From NCBI GenBank assembly GCA_002245135.1, contig NGBS01001199.1:1-64000 (forward strand): a DNA stretch of 64,000 bases. The letters run 5' to 3'. This document shows, piece by piece, positions 54,848 through 64,000 of this stretch; the stretch's first letter is position 1, and each line of letters starts with the position of its first letter. The notes beneath the pieces were generated by a model, which saw nothing but the letters and a program-made list of their open reading frames with translations, ran no database searches and was not told where the DNA came from. Source of the stretch: Proteromonas lacertae (taxonomy: Eukaryota). A program made the translations under genes and the position numbers.

Positions 54848-57322
54848 TTAGCTGAATAAGGAAGTACAAATGAATGTTGTAGTAGCTGTAAATGAAACAG
54901 AACCATTGTGATTGTTGGTGTAGTTGAAGTTATCATAGCCATTATAAACGAAGTAGTGCCAGTATGCTGTTGAGTCTGTACGTTTTATCTTATAAGTCCA
55001 GTAAGTGTTTCTCTTATCGAAATGGAAGACCTTTCGGAACTCAACGAATTCTTTCTTATCAGGGTCGGTGAATGCAATGCCGGCATAGGCATTAACATCC
55101 ACTGATCTTCCGCTAGTCGTTGTCATGGTAAGCTCAATTCTATTTGGATAAGCAGTTAAAGTTCCCTTCATAGGCCCACCATAGCCATACTGTAAAACAT
55201 CCATATCAATATTGATCGCCCTAGCGATTACCAGATCTTGACTCTCAAGGACATACTTCCACATTGAAGTCAAGGTCTCATTTATCTGATTAGCTACCGT
55301 GGTAATCTCCGATGATCCATCTCCTTGAGATGCCAGGCTTTCTACTGATGTCTTCAACTCCGTTAACTTCTTCTGGACGTCCTGAACATTGCTATCGACT
55401 GAGTTGATCTTACTTAATTGAGCTGCACTGGTAAAGTTGTTTACTTGAGTCACAGCCAGGTTGTTTAGGTTGTTGACTTTGCCTTGGACTTCAATGACTC
55501 TTGTCTGGCAGTCTCCTATCTTTGAATGTACTTCATTGACCTTGGTTAATTGAGCTGGTGAACAGAAGCTATTGACATTCCCGGTATTGAATCCATCGAT
55601 CTTGGTTCTGATAGCAGCTGCATTGTTGATAGCTGTATCGATCAGTCCTTTACGAGTATTGTTAAAGAAGCCATCCAAGTTCCTTCGTAGGTTGTCTTCT
55701 TCAGTCCTTCTAGCCACGCCGCAGGTTGCATTCACATCATTGATACTTAGAGAATCCACCTTGATCTTGATTGCATCGGTGTTGGCCTTAGTTGTATCAA
55801 TGAAGTTACCACGACCTTCAGTACAGAACTGGTTAATACTCTCCTTGTTGAGGTCATGGACACGTTCATAACACTTATCTATCTTCTCCGATCGATCCGA
55901 AGTACAGAAGTGCTTCACAGCAGTGTTGGTCTCATCGATAGCAGCACTTCTCGGGATAGTACAAAACTCCTTGATCGCGTTGTCAGCATCGTCGATCTCC
56001 TTAGTTCTCTTATCGGTAATGAATCCTTTGATCAGTTCCTCAATGCTCTTGACAATGGTAAGTCTCTCCAAGGAGCAGTAGTTGTTAATGTCTTCGATGG
56101 CTATGCCGGTGATCAGCTCATGGACTTTATCAATCTTCTCCTTCTGTGAGCTACTACAATACTGGTTGATATCATCGATATCTATCTTACTTACAATATC
56201 CTTGGTCTTGTCAATAGCGGTAGCTCTCTCCTCAGTGCAGAAGGTATTCGTCTTGTCAGCTTCTCCATTCAACCCGGCGATCTCTTCCTCCATAGCATTC
56301 ATCTGGTTCTTAAAGTCCTTGTTGTAACCATTGGCAATCTCAATCTCTTGTAAGACCTCCTTGAACTTAATCATGTTGTTGTTAATCACAGTATTGATTG
56401 CCTTGTACTCCTCGTAGTTGTTCTTCATCTTGATCAACTCCTCAGAATCTACTTTGATCTGCTTCTCTAAGTCAGTGAGCTTCGTAAGGCTCTTATCATC
56501 CACCGTAGTGATGTACTTGATCATATCATAGACGTTAACATCCCCGATGTTGAGACTCTCACATAATGACTTCAACAAGGTACTGAGACGATCCAATTTC
56601 TCATCCTCTGATCCCTTCAATTGATCGATTGAAGTATTGGTGGATTCAAGGGCATTGCTTACATCCTCCATGCTCTTATACAACTCTGGTAATTGCTTCT
56701 CCGTGTACTGCTTAAGTTCATTGCTGCAAGTAGCAATATTGCTCAAGGTTGTAATAGTCGTATCTCCGAAGTCTTTAGGGATCTTGTTGTTAAGTAAAGT
56801 ACCTAGGTTCTTAACTTCCTGGAGCTTCTGATCGATACCTTCAATCTTATCAGTCTCATCTAGCACTTCCTTTAAGGTCGATTGAATAGCTTTATGATCT
56901 GGTTGTAAGGTACCTTGAAGGTACTCATGGAGTTGTTGATGATCAGTCTCTAGCTTAGCCAACTTCGTAGATGACTCCTCCGAGTGATCATCCAACTTTC
57001 TCTTGATAGCTGTTGTGGATGAGGTTACTTCTTCTTGTTGCTTCTGATTGATACTGACGGGTGTTCCTCGGAGGACTTCTTGGATAGTGCTTACCAATGG
57101 AGGATTGATCTTATCATAGTCTATCACGGCCTTGAGTTCACCAGAACCCAAGGCCTTTTGAATCACTTCCTGGGAGTCTTGAAACAACATGTCCTTATCA
57201 TACTTAGCAACAACCTTCCCATCTATCTTTTGCTTCACATCGTAAGTAGTCTTGTCGATAGTATTAAGTAACCTTAACATCTCCTCATCGTTCTCCCGTA
57301 AGTTGTTCCCGGTGTTGAACAT
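54848..57322 (-). CDS. Fibre/spike-like coiled-coil protein (824 aa) with Cys-containing repeats and a beta-rich C-terminus
   Basis: Heptad-rich body, about 9 repeats of [IV]NxFC[ST]xxxxxxID, aromatic beta-rich last about 120 aa. The CDS is secure; the function is inferred. Confidence 0.7.
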   Translation of the reverse strand: MFNTGNNLRENDEEMLRLLNTIDKTTYDVKQKIDGKVVAKYDKDMLFQDSQEVIQKALGSGELKAVIDYDKINPPLVSTIQEVLRGTPVSINQKQQEEVTSSTTAIKRKLDDHSEESSTKLAKLETDHQQLHEYLQGTLQPDHKAIQSTLKEVLDETDKIEGIDQKLQEVKNLGTLLNNKIPKDFGDTTITTLSNIATCSNELKQYTEKQLPELYKSMEDVSNALESTNTSIDQLKGSEDEKLDRLSTLLKSLCESLNIGDVNVYDMIKYITTVDDKSLTKLTDLEKQIKVDSEELIKMKNNYEEYKAINTVINNNMIKFKEVLQEIEIANGYNKDFKNQMNAMEEEIAGLNGEADKTNTFCTEERATAIDKTKDIVSKIDIDDINQYCSSSQKEKIDKVHELITGIAIEDINNYCSLERLTIVKSIEELIKGFITDKRTKEIDDADNAIKEFCTIPRSAAIDETNTAVKHFCTSDRSEKIDKCYERVHDLNKESINQFCTEGRGNFIDTTKANTDAIKIKVDSLSINDVNATCGVARRTEEDNLRRNLDGFFNNTRKGLIDTAINNAAAIRTKIDGFNTGNVNSFCSPAQLTKVNEVHSKIGDCQTRVIEVQGKVNNLNNLAVTQVNNFTSAAQLSKINSVDSNVQDVQKKLTELKTSVESLASQGDGSSEITTVANQINETLTSMWKYVLESQDLVIARAINIDMDVLQYGYGGPMKGTLTAYPNRIELTMTTTSGRSVDVNAYAGIAFTDPDKKEFVEFRKVFHFDKRNTYWTYKIKRTDSTAYWHYFVYNGYDNFNYTNNHNGSVSFTATTTFICTSLFS

Positions 57323-58537
57323 TGCCTAGGTAATGATTCCAAATCAGAACTTTACTTATAGATCCAGGAGCTACTTTACTAATATGACTTCTCAGGTATC
57401 TGTTATATCATAACATGCCCTGGCCTTCAACAGCTTTGCCTACCTCCCGAGAAGTACCTTGTTAACTCTATCCACACGATGAACTTCAACTCCTTACGAT
57501 TACTAGCTGATGGATGTAGATGACTTTATCGGTCTTTGTAATGAGTTGCGTGATCTCTATGCTGTGAACTTCATAGTCTCGATCATCATCTACCATCTTA
57601 ACTTACAATGCTTCTATTCGGATAAGACTTATACGATAGTCAGAAGCCTCCTTTGTAGTTCAACTACTCTCCGTAGACTTCATTTGCACCTTTGACTTCC
57701 AAGGATCTACTAATCGTCTCTCTATTCCAGATGCTCCTTTACCTTCTTGGACTTCTCGGACGTGATAGACATTGCCTATGAAGTACTTTGTCTTCACTCT
57801 TGGTTCTAGCAGTCTATGATCCACTGCTATGGTAAGTACCTTGAGACTGATTGCTGAAGTTAGAGTTGATCTCATCCTTAACATCTCTTGAAGAACTACT
57901 TGTGATCTTTACCGATACATATCTCTTGAACTGATGGTAACCCTTCAAGTGACAATTCCTTCTAGTTCTAGTTCATCGAAGTTGTTGATCCTCAGTAATG
58001 TACTAGCCTTCAGTCTGATCACTACTAGTCTCGGTATTGTTGAAGTCAGTGTCTTTACCTATCTACTATTAATCACCTTACGATCGATAGCTTATAGACT
58101 CTTGGACATCAATGCCAGTGTTGCTACTTGAGGAGTATACGATATCTCTGCTCTACTTACTTGCTTACTAGTAATGATTCCTAGCATCACAAGTAAGGAC
58201 TACTTAGGTAAAGGATTATCCATCACACTTCCTATAGTCTGCAATTGTAACTCTTTATGTACCTACAACTACTTCATGATCTTCAGAGTCATTGATCCAA
58301 GGATGTTATCTTGGGGGTTGTTGATGTCCTTACTATCATTGACTTATCCGAGACTCCTTTAGTTTATTTAATTGATTACTTACCATGTCCTTGAGTTGCT
58401 CATCTCCGTAAGGCTCCTTGAATTGATTATTTCTATTGTCCTCGGTCATACCCAAGGTAACATTTTACTAAGTACCAACAATGTTAATCACGTTCCTTAT
58501 CAGGAGATGCGTTTACTACTACTACTACTTGTGGAAG

Positions 58538-59326
58538 TTATGATGACTTTGCCTGGTAAGGAGTTGCTTCAGAAGCTAGCTTCAGATGCTTCGCTGGAGG
58601 ATCACTTGAAGCAGCTCGCGATGGTACTGAGGGTGTTGTTATTGGTCTCTTCTTCGGAGGATTACTAAGCTGTTTTTGTCTCCTCATTGATTCTATCCTG
58701 AGTCGGAGATGATCTTCATATTGTCTTAAGCGATGATACAGACTCAAGAGACAGCACATCGGAAGTGACTTTACCTTTAGATCTACGTGAAAGTTGATGT
58801 GTCCATCTTTGATAGATAAAACTATCTTGGCCTGGCAAGACTTCTCTTTGAGGTGAGCAGCATCACATAGAAATGAAATAATCTTATCGAACATCCCATC
58901 ATGGTCGATTAGATCATTGTTGTCCTTGATTGTCTTAAGAATCTCATGTATACTGTGTTGCATAAGCTGATTAATTATATCCCTTGTTTTATCACTGGAG
59001 TTGATGGAGATTCCTGGTTGTTGATTCTTAGTAGGTTTCCCAGATCTACATCTTGGACAACATCGATAGTAGTCTCCATTGGGCTTTAACATCATCGATG
59101 AAGCGAAGTGCATATGGCATCTACTGCAGGACATAGTCTTGGCTATGAGTTCACTGTTCTCTTCCAAGGCTTTACGTTCCTCATGGCATCGGGCTATTGT
59201 CTTCTGCTTTGCCTTTCGCAAGAGAGCTCTACAAGAACTACAACAGCTGTATGCTCTTCCATCAGCTTCAGATTGGAACTCCTTCTTACATCGACTACAT
59301 TTGACGATGGATTGCATGGTTACCAA
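58538..59326 (-). CDS. Protein with two CxxC..CxxCR zinc-ribbon repeats
   Basis: KCSRCKKEF..YSCCSSCR and SCSRCHMHF..YRCCPRCR. Confidence 0.7.
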   Translation of the reverse strand: MVTMQSIVKCSRCKKEFQSEADGRAYSCCSSCRALLRKAKQKTIARCHEERKALEENSELIAKTMSCSRCHMHFASSMMLKPNGDYYRCCPRCRSGKPTKNQQPGISINSSDKTRDIINQLMQHSIHEILKTIKDNNDLIDHDGMFDKIISFLCDAAHLKEKSCQAKIVLSIKDGHINFHVDLKVKSLPMCCLLSLYHRLRQYEDHLRLRIESMRRQKQLSNPPKKRPITTPSVPSRAASSDPPAKHLKLASEATPYQAKSS

Positions 59327-59874
59327 TTAAGTATAAAAATAACTAGAAATATCTTAATGCCTTGAGTGACTGTAATAATAGACTGGTTACTACATATTGA
59401 TCTCATGGTTATTAGGTACTTGTTTATTAGCTTTACTTCTATGAGTACTTATTCATATCTATGAATGATGCTTAGTAGATAGTCTGTAACTTGGTTACTA
59501 CATACTGATCACTTAGATAAGCTATTGGAATTTAGCAACTAAGTGCAGGATCTATTTTCTATGTCCCTATTTTTAAACCTTATTTACGATGTCCTTATGT
59601 CCGGTCAGTTCAATTTTTCTTGGCCTTATCAGAGTTGTGAATGCACCTCCAACTCCTAGGCTTCTTGTAGTAGGGGTCACTCAATGCTTCCTAAGCTCCT
59701 GCTGTTGATCTCATTCCAGTGTTAGGGTATCTAGTACTGTACTTTATAGTGAACTGTTGATTACAGATTCATCTCTATTCAATTTTTTCTTTGCAGTTTG
59801 GATCTCTAATGTGGTTGATGATGGTTTTGATAGATACTAGAAGGCCATGTAGGCTGTGGTATGGATTTTATGCA

Positions 59875-59948
59875 GTATCAGCGGTGGGGTTCGAACCCGG
59901 AGGGGATGGGATGTTGGTACCTGGTCTGCCCACTAGGGCATCTTGAAC
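59875..59948 (-). ncRNA. tRNA-derived Pol III A/B-box element (Leu-tRNA-like ends, no intact cloverleaf)
   Basis: Minus strand reads GATGCCCTAGTGG (A-box-like) ... GGGTTCGAACCCCACCGCTGA (B box and T arm). Confidence 0.5.
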
Positions 59949-60189
59949 TTGCTTATGGATTGCTGATCCTAGTATATGTATTGTTCAGCTACAGTATTTA
60001 GTGAATAGCTTCAGAATGATTCCTATTCAATCTCCATTGGACAGATGATGGGGAATTGACCTTAAGAAATTGCTCATTAGCTTACCTCCAGTAACATCTC
60101 TAACAAGTGCTCAGGTAAGTTCCTACTTATCCTAGGCTTCCCAATCACGGTATCCACGTTTCTACGATTGCTTAGATGATGATGCTGTC

Positions 60190-60960
60190 CTCGGGAATGA
60201 ACTTTACCTTCAGGAATAAATAAACTAAACTGGTATGTAAGGAGCTTCCTAGTAGATGACTTACAAGGTCAATGGAAGATAGCTACAGAACCCTCCCGAG
60301 ATTGTTTATCACGATCTTCAAGGCCTTTGAGAAATTCAGAACTAGCTGGAGCCTCTTGAATTCAAGTCTTAGAAGGACAATGAAACTTACCTAGGCAATG
60401 ATCCTGTGGATGTTCCTTGACTTTGTAATGAAGTCTCTCTTGATGGAAGTTCCATGGCTTTGACGGGAGGTTCCTCCTTGAGTTACAACTCAAGGAGGAA
60501 CATCCCTTCCTTGCTAGATGATAGTTGAATGTTACCTAGTTGAATTATAAGGCCATTGTAACTTACCTCTAGGAAGCTCCCGAGAATGCTTACAATAATC
60601 TTCAAGGCCTTGAGAAAATCCAGTACTAACCAGAACCTCCAGTTGTAAAGTCACTGATTAATAGAAGAACCATCAAGACCTTCCCAGATACGTCCAGCCG
60701 TGCATGACTGCGTCAGGGAATCTCCCATCGTGGGAGATTCCCTTCCTTGCCAACACGGCTGTTCTTCTCGGGAAGATCTTGGATGAACTTACCTAGGAGA
60801 GTTATAAGGATGATAAAACATACCTTCAGAAGCCTTCCGAGATTGCTAATCATTATCTTCAAGGGCCTTGAGAAATCCACAACTAGCTAGAACCTCCCGA
60901 GTTACCATTTGGTAACTTGTTAACAATTGTTAACTTGTTAACAATTGGTAACAAGTTAAC
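60190..60960. repeat. Degenerate tandem array (three units roughly 260-285 bp apart) with embedded palindromes
   Basis: Core CCGAGA.TG...ATCTTCAAGGCCTTGAGAAA at about 60295, 60579 and 60835; perfect hairpins at 60470-60501 and 60715-60743; GTTAAC/CAATTG cluster at 60901-60966. Confidence 0.8.
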
Positions 60961-61250
60961 AATTGTAAACTCCCGGTTCCACGATTGGTTTCCACGGTTC
61001 AATTAAAAGCCCTTACAAGGTCACCAGCGTAGCAAGGAGAGTCAAGAGCATGATTAGAATCATCACCTCGAGGTAACCAACACTTCTAGATAGCTTCCAG
61101 GAGTACCTGTAGGAGATCGTCTCATAGATAGGTATAGGTAGGTATAGGAAGGTATTGATAGGTATAGAAATAGCTTAGAGGAGTCCCCGTAGGAAGTAGA
61201 CTCTGTTGAGAAGTAGACCCTGTTAGGAGGAATCCCGTAGGAACCTTACG

Positions 61251-61453
61251 TAAATGGGACTATGGTACATTATGCCAGAGTTCTAACGAGTTTTCTAGGA
61301 GTCCGTCCCCTTCTAGATTCAGAGTTGACCTTTACGGGAGCTTCATCGATGCAATCGATGAAGCTCCCGTAAAAGTCAACTCTGAATCTAGAAAGGGACG
61401 GACCCCTAGAAAACTCGTTAGGACTCTGGCATAATGTGCCAGAGTCCCATTTA
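61251..61453. repeat. 203-nt terminal hairpin (100-bp arms, 6 mismatches, GCA loop)
   Basis: Arms 61251-61350 and 61354-61453 compared base by base. Confidence 0.95.
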
Positions 61454-61816
61454 TATACTATATAGAAGAAGGATTTGGATTTTAGGCTCGAGCTTGACTT
61501 AATTTATTTTGTTAAATAGAAAGAGATATGTAATCTTATATTTTCAAAATTATATATTATGATGTTTTTATTTATGATATATTAGAAAAATCAAATAAAA
61601 AACAAAAGAAAGTTAAAAAAAATGAATCGAAAGGGTTTTTTGAAACTACTATTTTGCTTTATGAAATGAACGCATAGAATTACTGAGGAGTTTTGGTGAG
61701 TGAAAAGCACAACGAAAGTCACAAAACACGAAAGTGACGTGTTTTTCCTAACCCAGAAAAATACACTAAATATGTATGATATTATTAATAACATAAAATA
61801 ACTATGAAAATATATA

Positions 61817-64000
61817 TTAACCTATGAAAGACTTTCTACTTGAAGAAAAGGATGTTCTTGATTTTCTTCTTCCAGCTGGAGATATTGTTGACATTGACAT
61901 TCTTCTTTGAGTATCTTTCAATGTTGCTTCTATACTCAATTCTATACTTGCTGCATCTAAATCTGTGTTAAAAGTACTTCGAATTGAACGATAAGCATTT
62001 GATAATTCACAAGATAATTCTTCAAATTTATTTCGAACATCATTTACATATAAATCCATTTCACTATCCTCAAATCGATTCTTTATTATTGCTTTTCCTT
62101 CTTCATCAATTATCTTTATTTCTTTCGATGATAAAGAGAATATTGTCTCTAAATTGGATGTGGCATTCAATATTCGATATAAATATTCTTTCGATGTCAA
62201 ACCATTCTCTCCTTTTATATGATTTACTGCATCATATAAATCAAAATAGGCATTTAATAAATTGTACGAAACTGTAAAAGCTTTCGAATATTGACTTATT
62301 TCTTCAGCTTTATATTGTCGAAGTTCATGTCGAATTAATTCTATTGTTTCTTTCTCATCTTCATTTTTCTCATCTAATACATCATATTTCACCATTGAAT
62401 TTACAAATTGATAATCAATATAAGTTCTTAAACTATTCCAAGAATCTTTTTCTGGAACTTTTATATCTGTTCCTTCATAAGTTAAACCATTTATAAATTG
62501 AGCTTTTGTTAAATAACCTAATAAATAGAAACATCCCATTAATATTCTCATTGGATTATGTGGTGGTGGTTGATCATATTTTCGAATCTCAGCATAAGAG
62601 GCTTTTGCACTCATTACAGCTTGACGAGCCAATCCTACACATCTTTTTAATTCAGCGATTTCAGGAGTTTCATATACTTCAGGCTTCTTTAATACTTTCT
62701 TCATTTTCTGAATTTCTTTATATAAATTATCATACAATTCTTTTTGATGAATTCTTTCTTCTTCTTTTCTTTGACAATCTTCTTCTAATTCACTTACTTT
62801 ACTTTTTAATTCATTTATTTCATTCAATAATTTCTTTGTATTTTCTTTACAACATTTCCAACCACTATCATATTCATCTCTTTCTAATTTTATCTTTTCT
62901 AACTCTTCTGCTAATTCTTTTATCCTCTTTTTCATTTCTTCTATTTCTTCACTCATATCTTTATTATTATTCTCTAATTCTTCTTTCTTTTCTTTCATTT
63001 CTTCGAATTTTTCATTTTTCTCTTTCAATACTATCACTTCTTTCTTCAAACTATTTAAATCATTTATATAACTTTCATCTAACATCTTATGGACTGTATC
63101 TAAATGATTTCGAATATTTAATGTTTTTAAGGATAAATCATTCATTCCTTTCATTGTTGCACTTGTCTTTTTACTATTCAAATCTAATTCGTTCAATTCT
63201 TTTACATTATTCTTATTATCTTCAATTTCTTGTTTTATTTTCAAAGAATTGATTTTTATTCGTTTTACTATGGCTTTATTACATTCTTCATTCTTTTCTA
63301 ATTCTTCTATTGTTTTCATTATTTCTAATATTGAATTTTCATTTAATTCTTCTTCTTTATTTATTAATTTCTTTAATCGACCCAATTCTTTTATCTCATT
63401 TTTACTATCCATTTTATTACCATAGTCTTTTAGATTTTCATTTAAACTGTTTAGTTTATTATTACAATCTTTACTGTTCTCTTTTAATTCATTCATACTT
63501 TTACGAATCTCATTCAATTCATTTACATCTATTTCTTCATCTCCTTCTTCCATTCTTTTAATTCTTTCTTCAATTTCTTTCTTTAACTTCTTATTATTTG
63601 ATATTCTCTCTTCTAAGTCATTTATCTCATTTCTATATTTATTTATCTCATTTTCATCAGGATTTTCACTTTCTTCTAATTCTTTTAATTTCTCTTTCAA
63701 TCCTTTCAATCTTTCTTCCATTTCATCATTCTCATTGTCAATTTCATTTAATTCATTCTTTAAACTATTTAGTTCATTCATCCTATTCTCTTTACTCTCT
63801 TTTACTTTTTCATTTAACTCATTTATTTCATTTATAAATACATTATTATGGCTTATATTACATAACTTGTTTAATATCTTTTCTCTCATTTCTTTTCCTT
63901 TCTTTTCACTTTCTAATATATTCTTTCGGATTTCTTCTAAGTTTTGACTATTTTCAGATGTATCTAATAAATAATCTTCTATATCATTCTTTTCTTTCTT
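61817..64000 (-). CDS. Host E/K/N-rich coiled-coil protein with a dynein-stalk microtubule-binding-domain-like region; 5' end beyond the window
   Basis: Frame is open to the window edge; AEIRKYDQPP..ILMGCFYLLG..WNSLR..FVNSMVKYD..EEISQYSKA. Confidence 0.7.
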   Translation of the reverse strand, partial: KKEKNDIEDYLLDTSENSQNLEEIRKNILESEKKGKEMREKILNKLCNISHNNVFINEINELNEKVKESKENRMNELNSLKNELNEIDNENDEMEERLKGLKEKLKELEESENPDENEINKYRNEINDLEERISNNKKLKKEIEERIKRMEEGDEEIDVNELNEIRKSMNELKENSKDCNNKLNSLNENLKDYGNKMDSKNEIKELGRLKKLINKEEELNENSILEIMKTIEELEKNEECNKAIVKRIKINSLKIKQEIEDNKNNVKELNELDLNSKKTSATMKGMNDLSLKTLNIRNHLDTVHKMLDESYINDLNSLKKEVIVLKEKNEKFEEMKEKKEELENNNKDMSEEIEEMKKRIKELAEELEKIKLERDEYDSGWKCCKENTKKLLNEINELKSKVSELEEDCQRKEEERIHQKELYDNLYKEIQKMKKVLKKPEVYETPEIAELKRCVGLARQAVMSAKASYAEIRKYDQPPPHNPMRILMGCFYLLGYLTKAQFINGLTYEGTDIKVPEKDSWNSLRTYIDYQFVNSMVKYDVLDEKNEDEKETIELIRHELRQYKAEEISQYSKAFTVSYNLLNAYFDLYDAVNHIKGENGLTSKEYLYRILNATSNLETIFSLSSKEIKIIDEEGKAIIKNRFEDSEMDLYVNDVRNKFEELSCELSNAYRSIRSTFNTDLDAASIELSIEATLKDTQRRMSMSTISPAGRRKSRTSFSSSRKSFIG

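Larger units (their letters stand above)
54208..61464. mobile_element. 7.3-kb TIR-bounded, virus-like non-autonomous element with a 6-bp TSD
   Basis: Both ends read TATATAGTATATAAATGGGACTCTGGCA inward; TIR 54208-54418 versus 61061-61464; GAAGAA at 54202-54207 and 61465-61470. Confidence 0.92.

Noticed and set aside
59875..59948. Functional tRNA-Leu gene
   Set aside because: Acceptor and T stems pair poorly and no anticodon arm can be drawn.
60190..60960. CRISPR-like repeat-spacer array
   Set aside because: Units are long, degenerate and only three; no cas genes; eukaryotic context.
61984..63947. Plus-strand L/F/S/I-rich ORFs, and similar antisense ORFs over polB, the integrase and the fibre gene
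   Set aside because: Shadow ORFs opposite biased coding strands.
1..64000. Whole window as a bacterial or free giant-virus genome
   Set aside because: Spliceosomal introns, Hydin fragments, eukaryotic transposons and pervasive decay indicate nuclear DNA; no NCLDV core genes were recognised.

Overview
Nuclear DNA of an AT-rich eukaryote with very short spliceosomal introns, probably flagellated (Hydin fragments). The window is a mosaic of mobile and viral sequence. (1) 1-5720: one end of a Polinton/Maverick-type element with a frameshifted protein-primed DNA polymerase B (TP-like, vOTU-like, Zn finger and endonuclease VII domains) and a hairpin/tandem-repeat terminus. (2) Two dense islands of mostly intact, membrane-anchored glycan-modifying genes (7135-9351 and 17953-33074): GT31 x3, GT77-like x2, GT61, GT2, GT-B, a fucosyltransferase-like gene, DUF229, a methyltransferase and two acyltransferase-3/SGNH fusions. 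(3) A Ginger-like DNA transposon (DD35E integrase plus Ulp1 protease) with a TGTTGTG...CACAACA MITE/foldback family; one foldback sits inside a DD34E Tc1-like transposase with a 5-bp TSD. (4) A visibly GC-richer, intronless, virus-like element family. One complete unit (54208-61464) has TIRs, a 6-bp TSD (GAAGAA), a 203-nt imperfect terminal hairpin, a fibre-like gene, a Zn-ribbon gene, a tRNA-like Pol III element and an origin-like repeat array. Further modules end in the same terminal sequence but carry different cargo (class II RNR, HAD protein, stand-alone vOTU-like domain, ORFans), and a penton fragment abuts one terminus copy. This family is the best candidate for an undescribed system: a segmented or satellite Polinton-like virus. 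All protein assignments are by motif recognition; no database searches were run.
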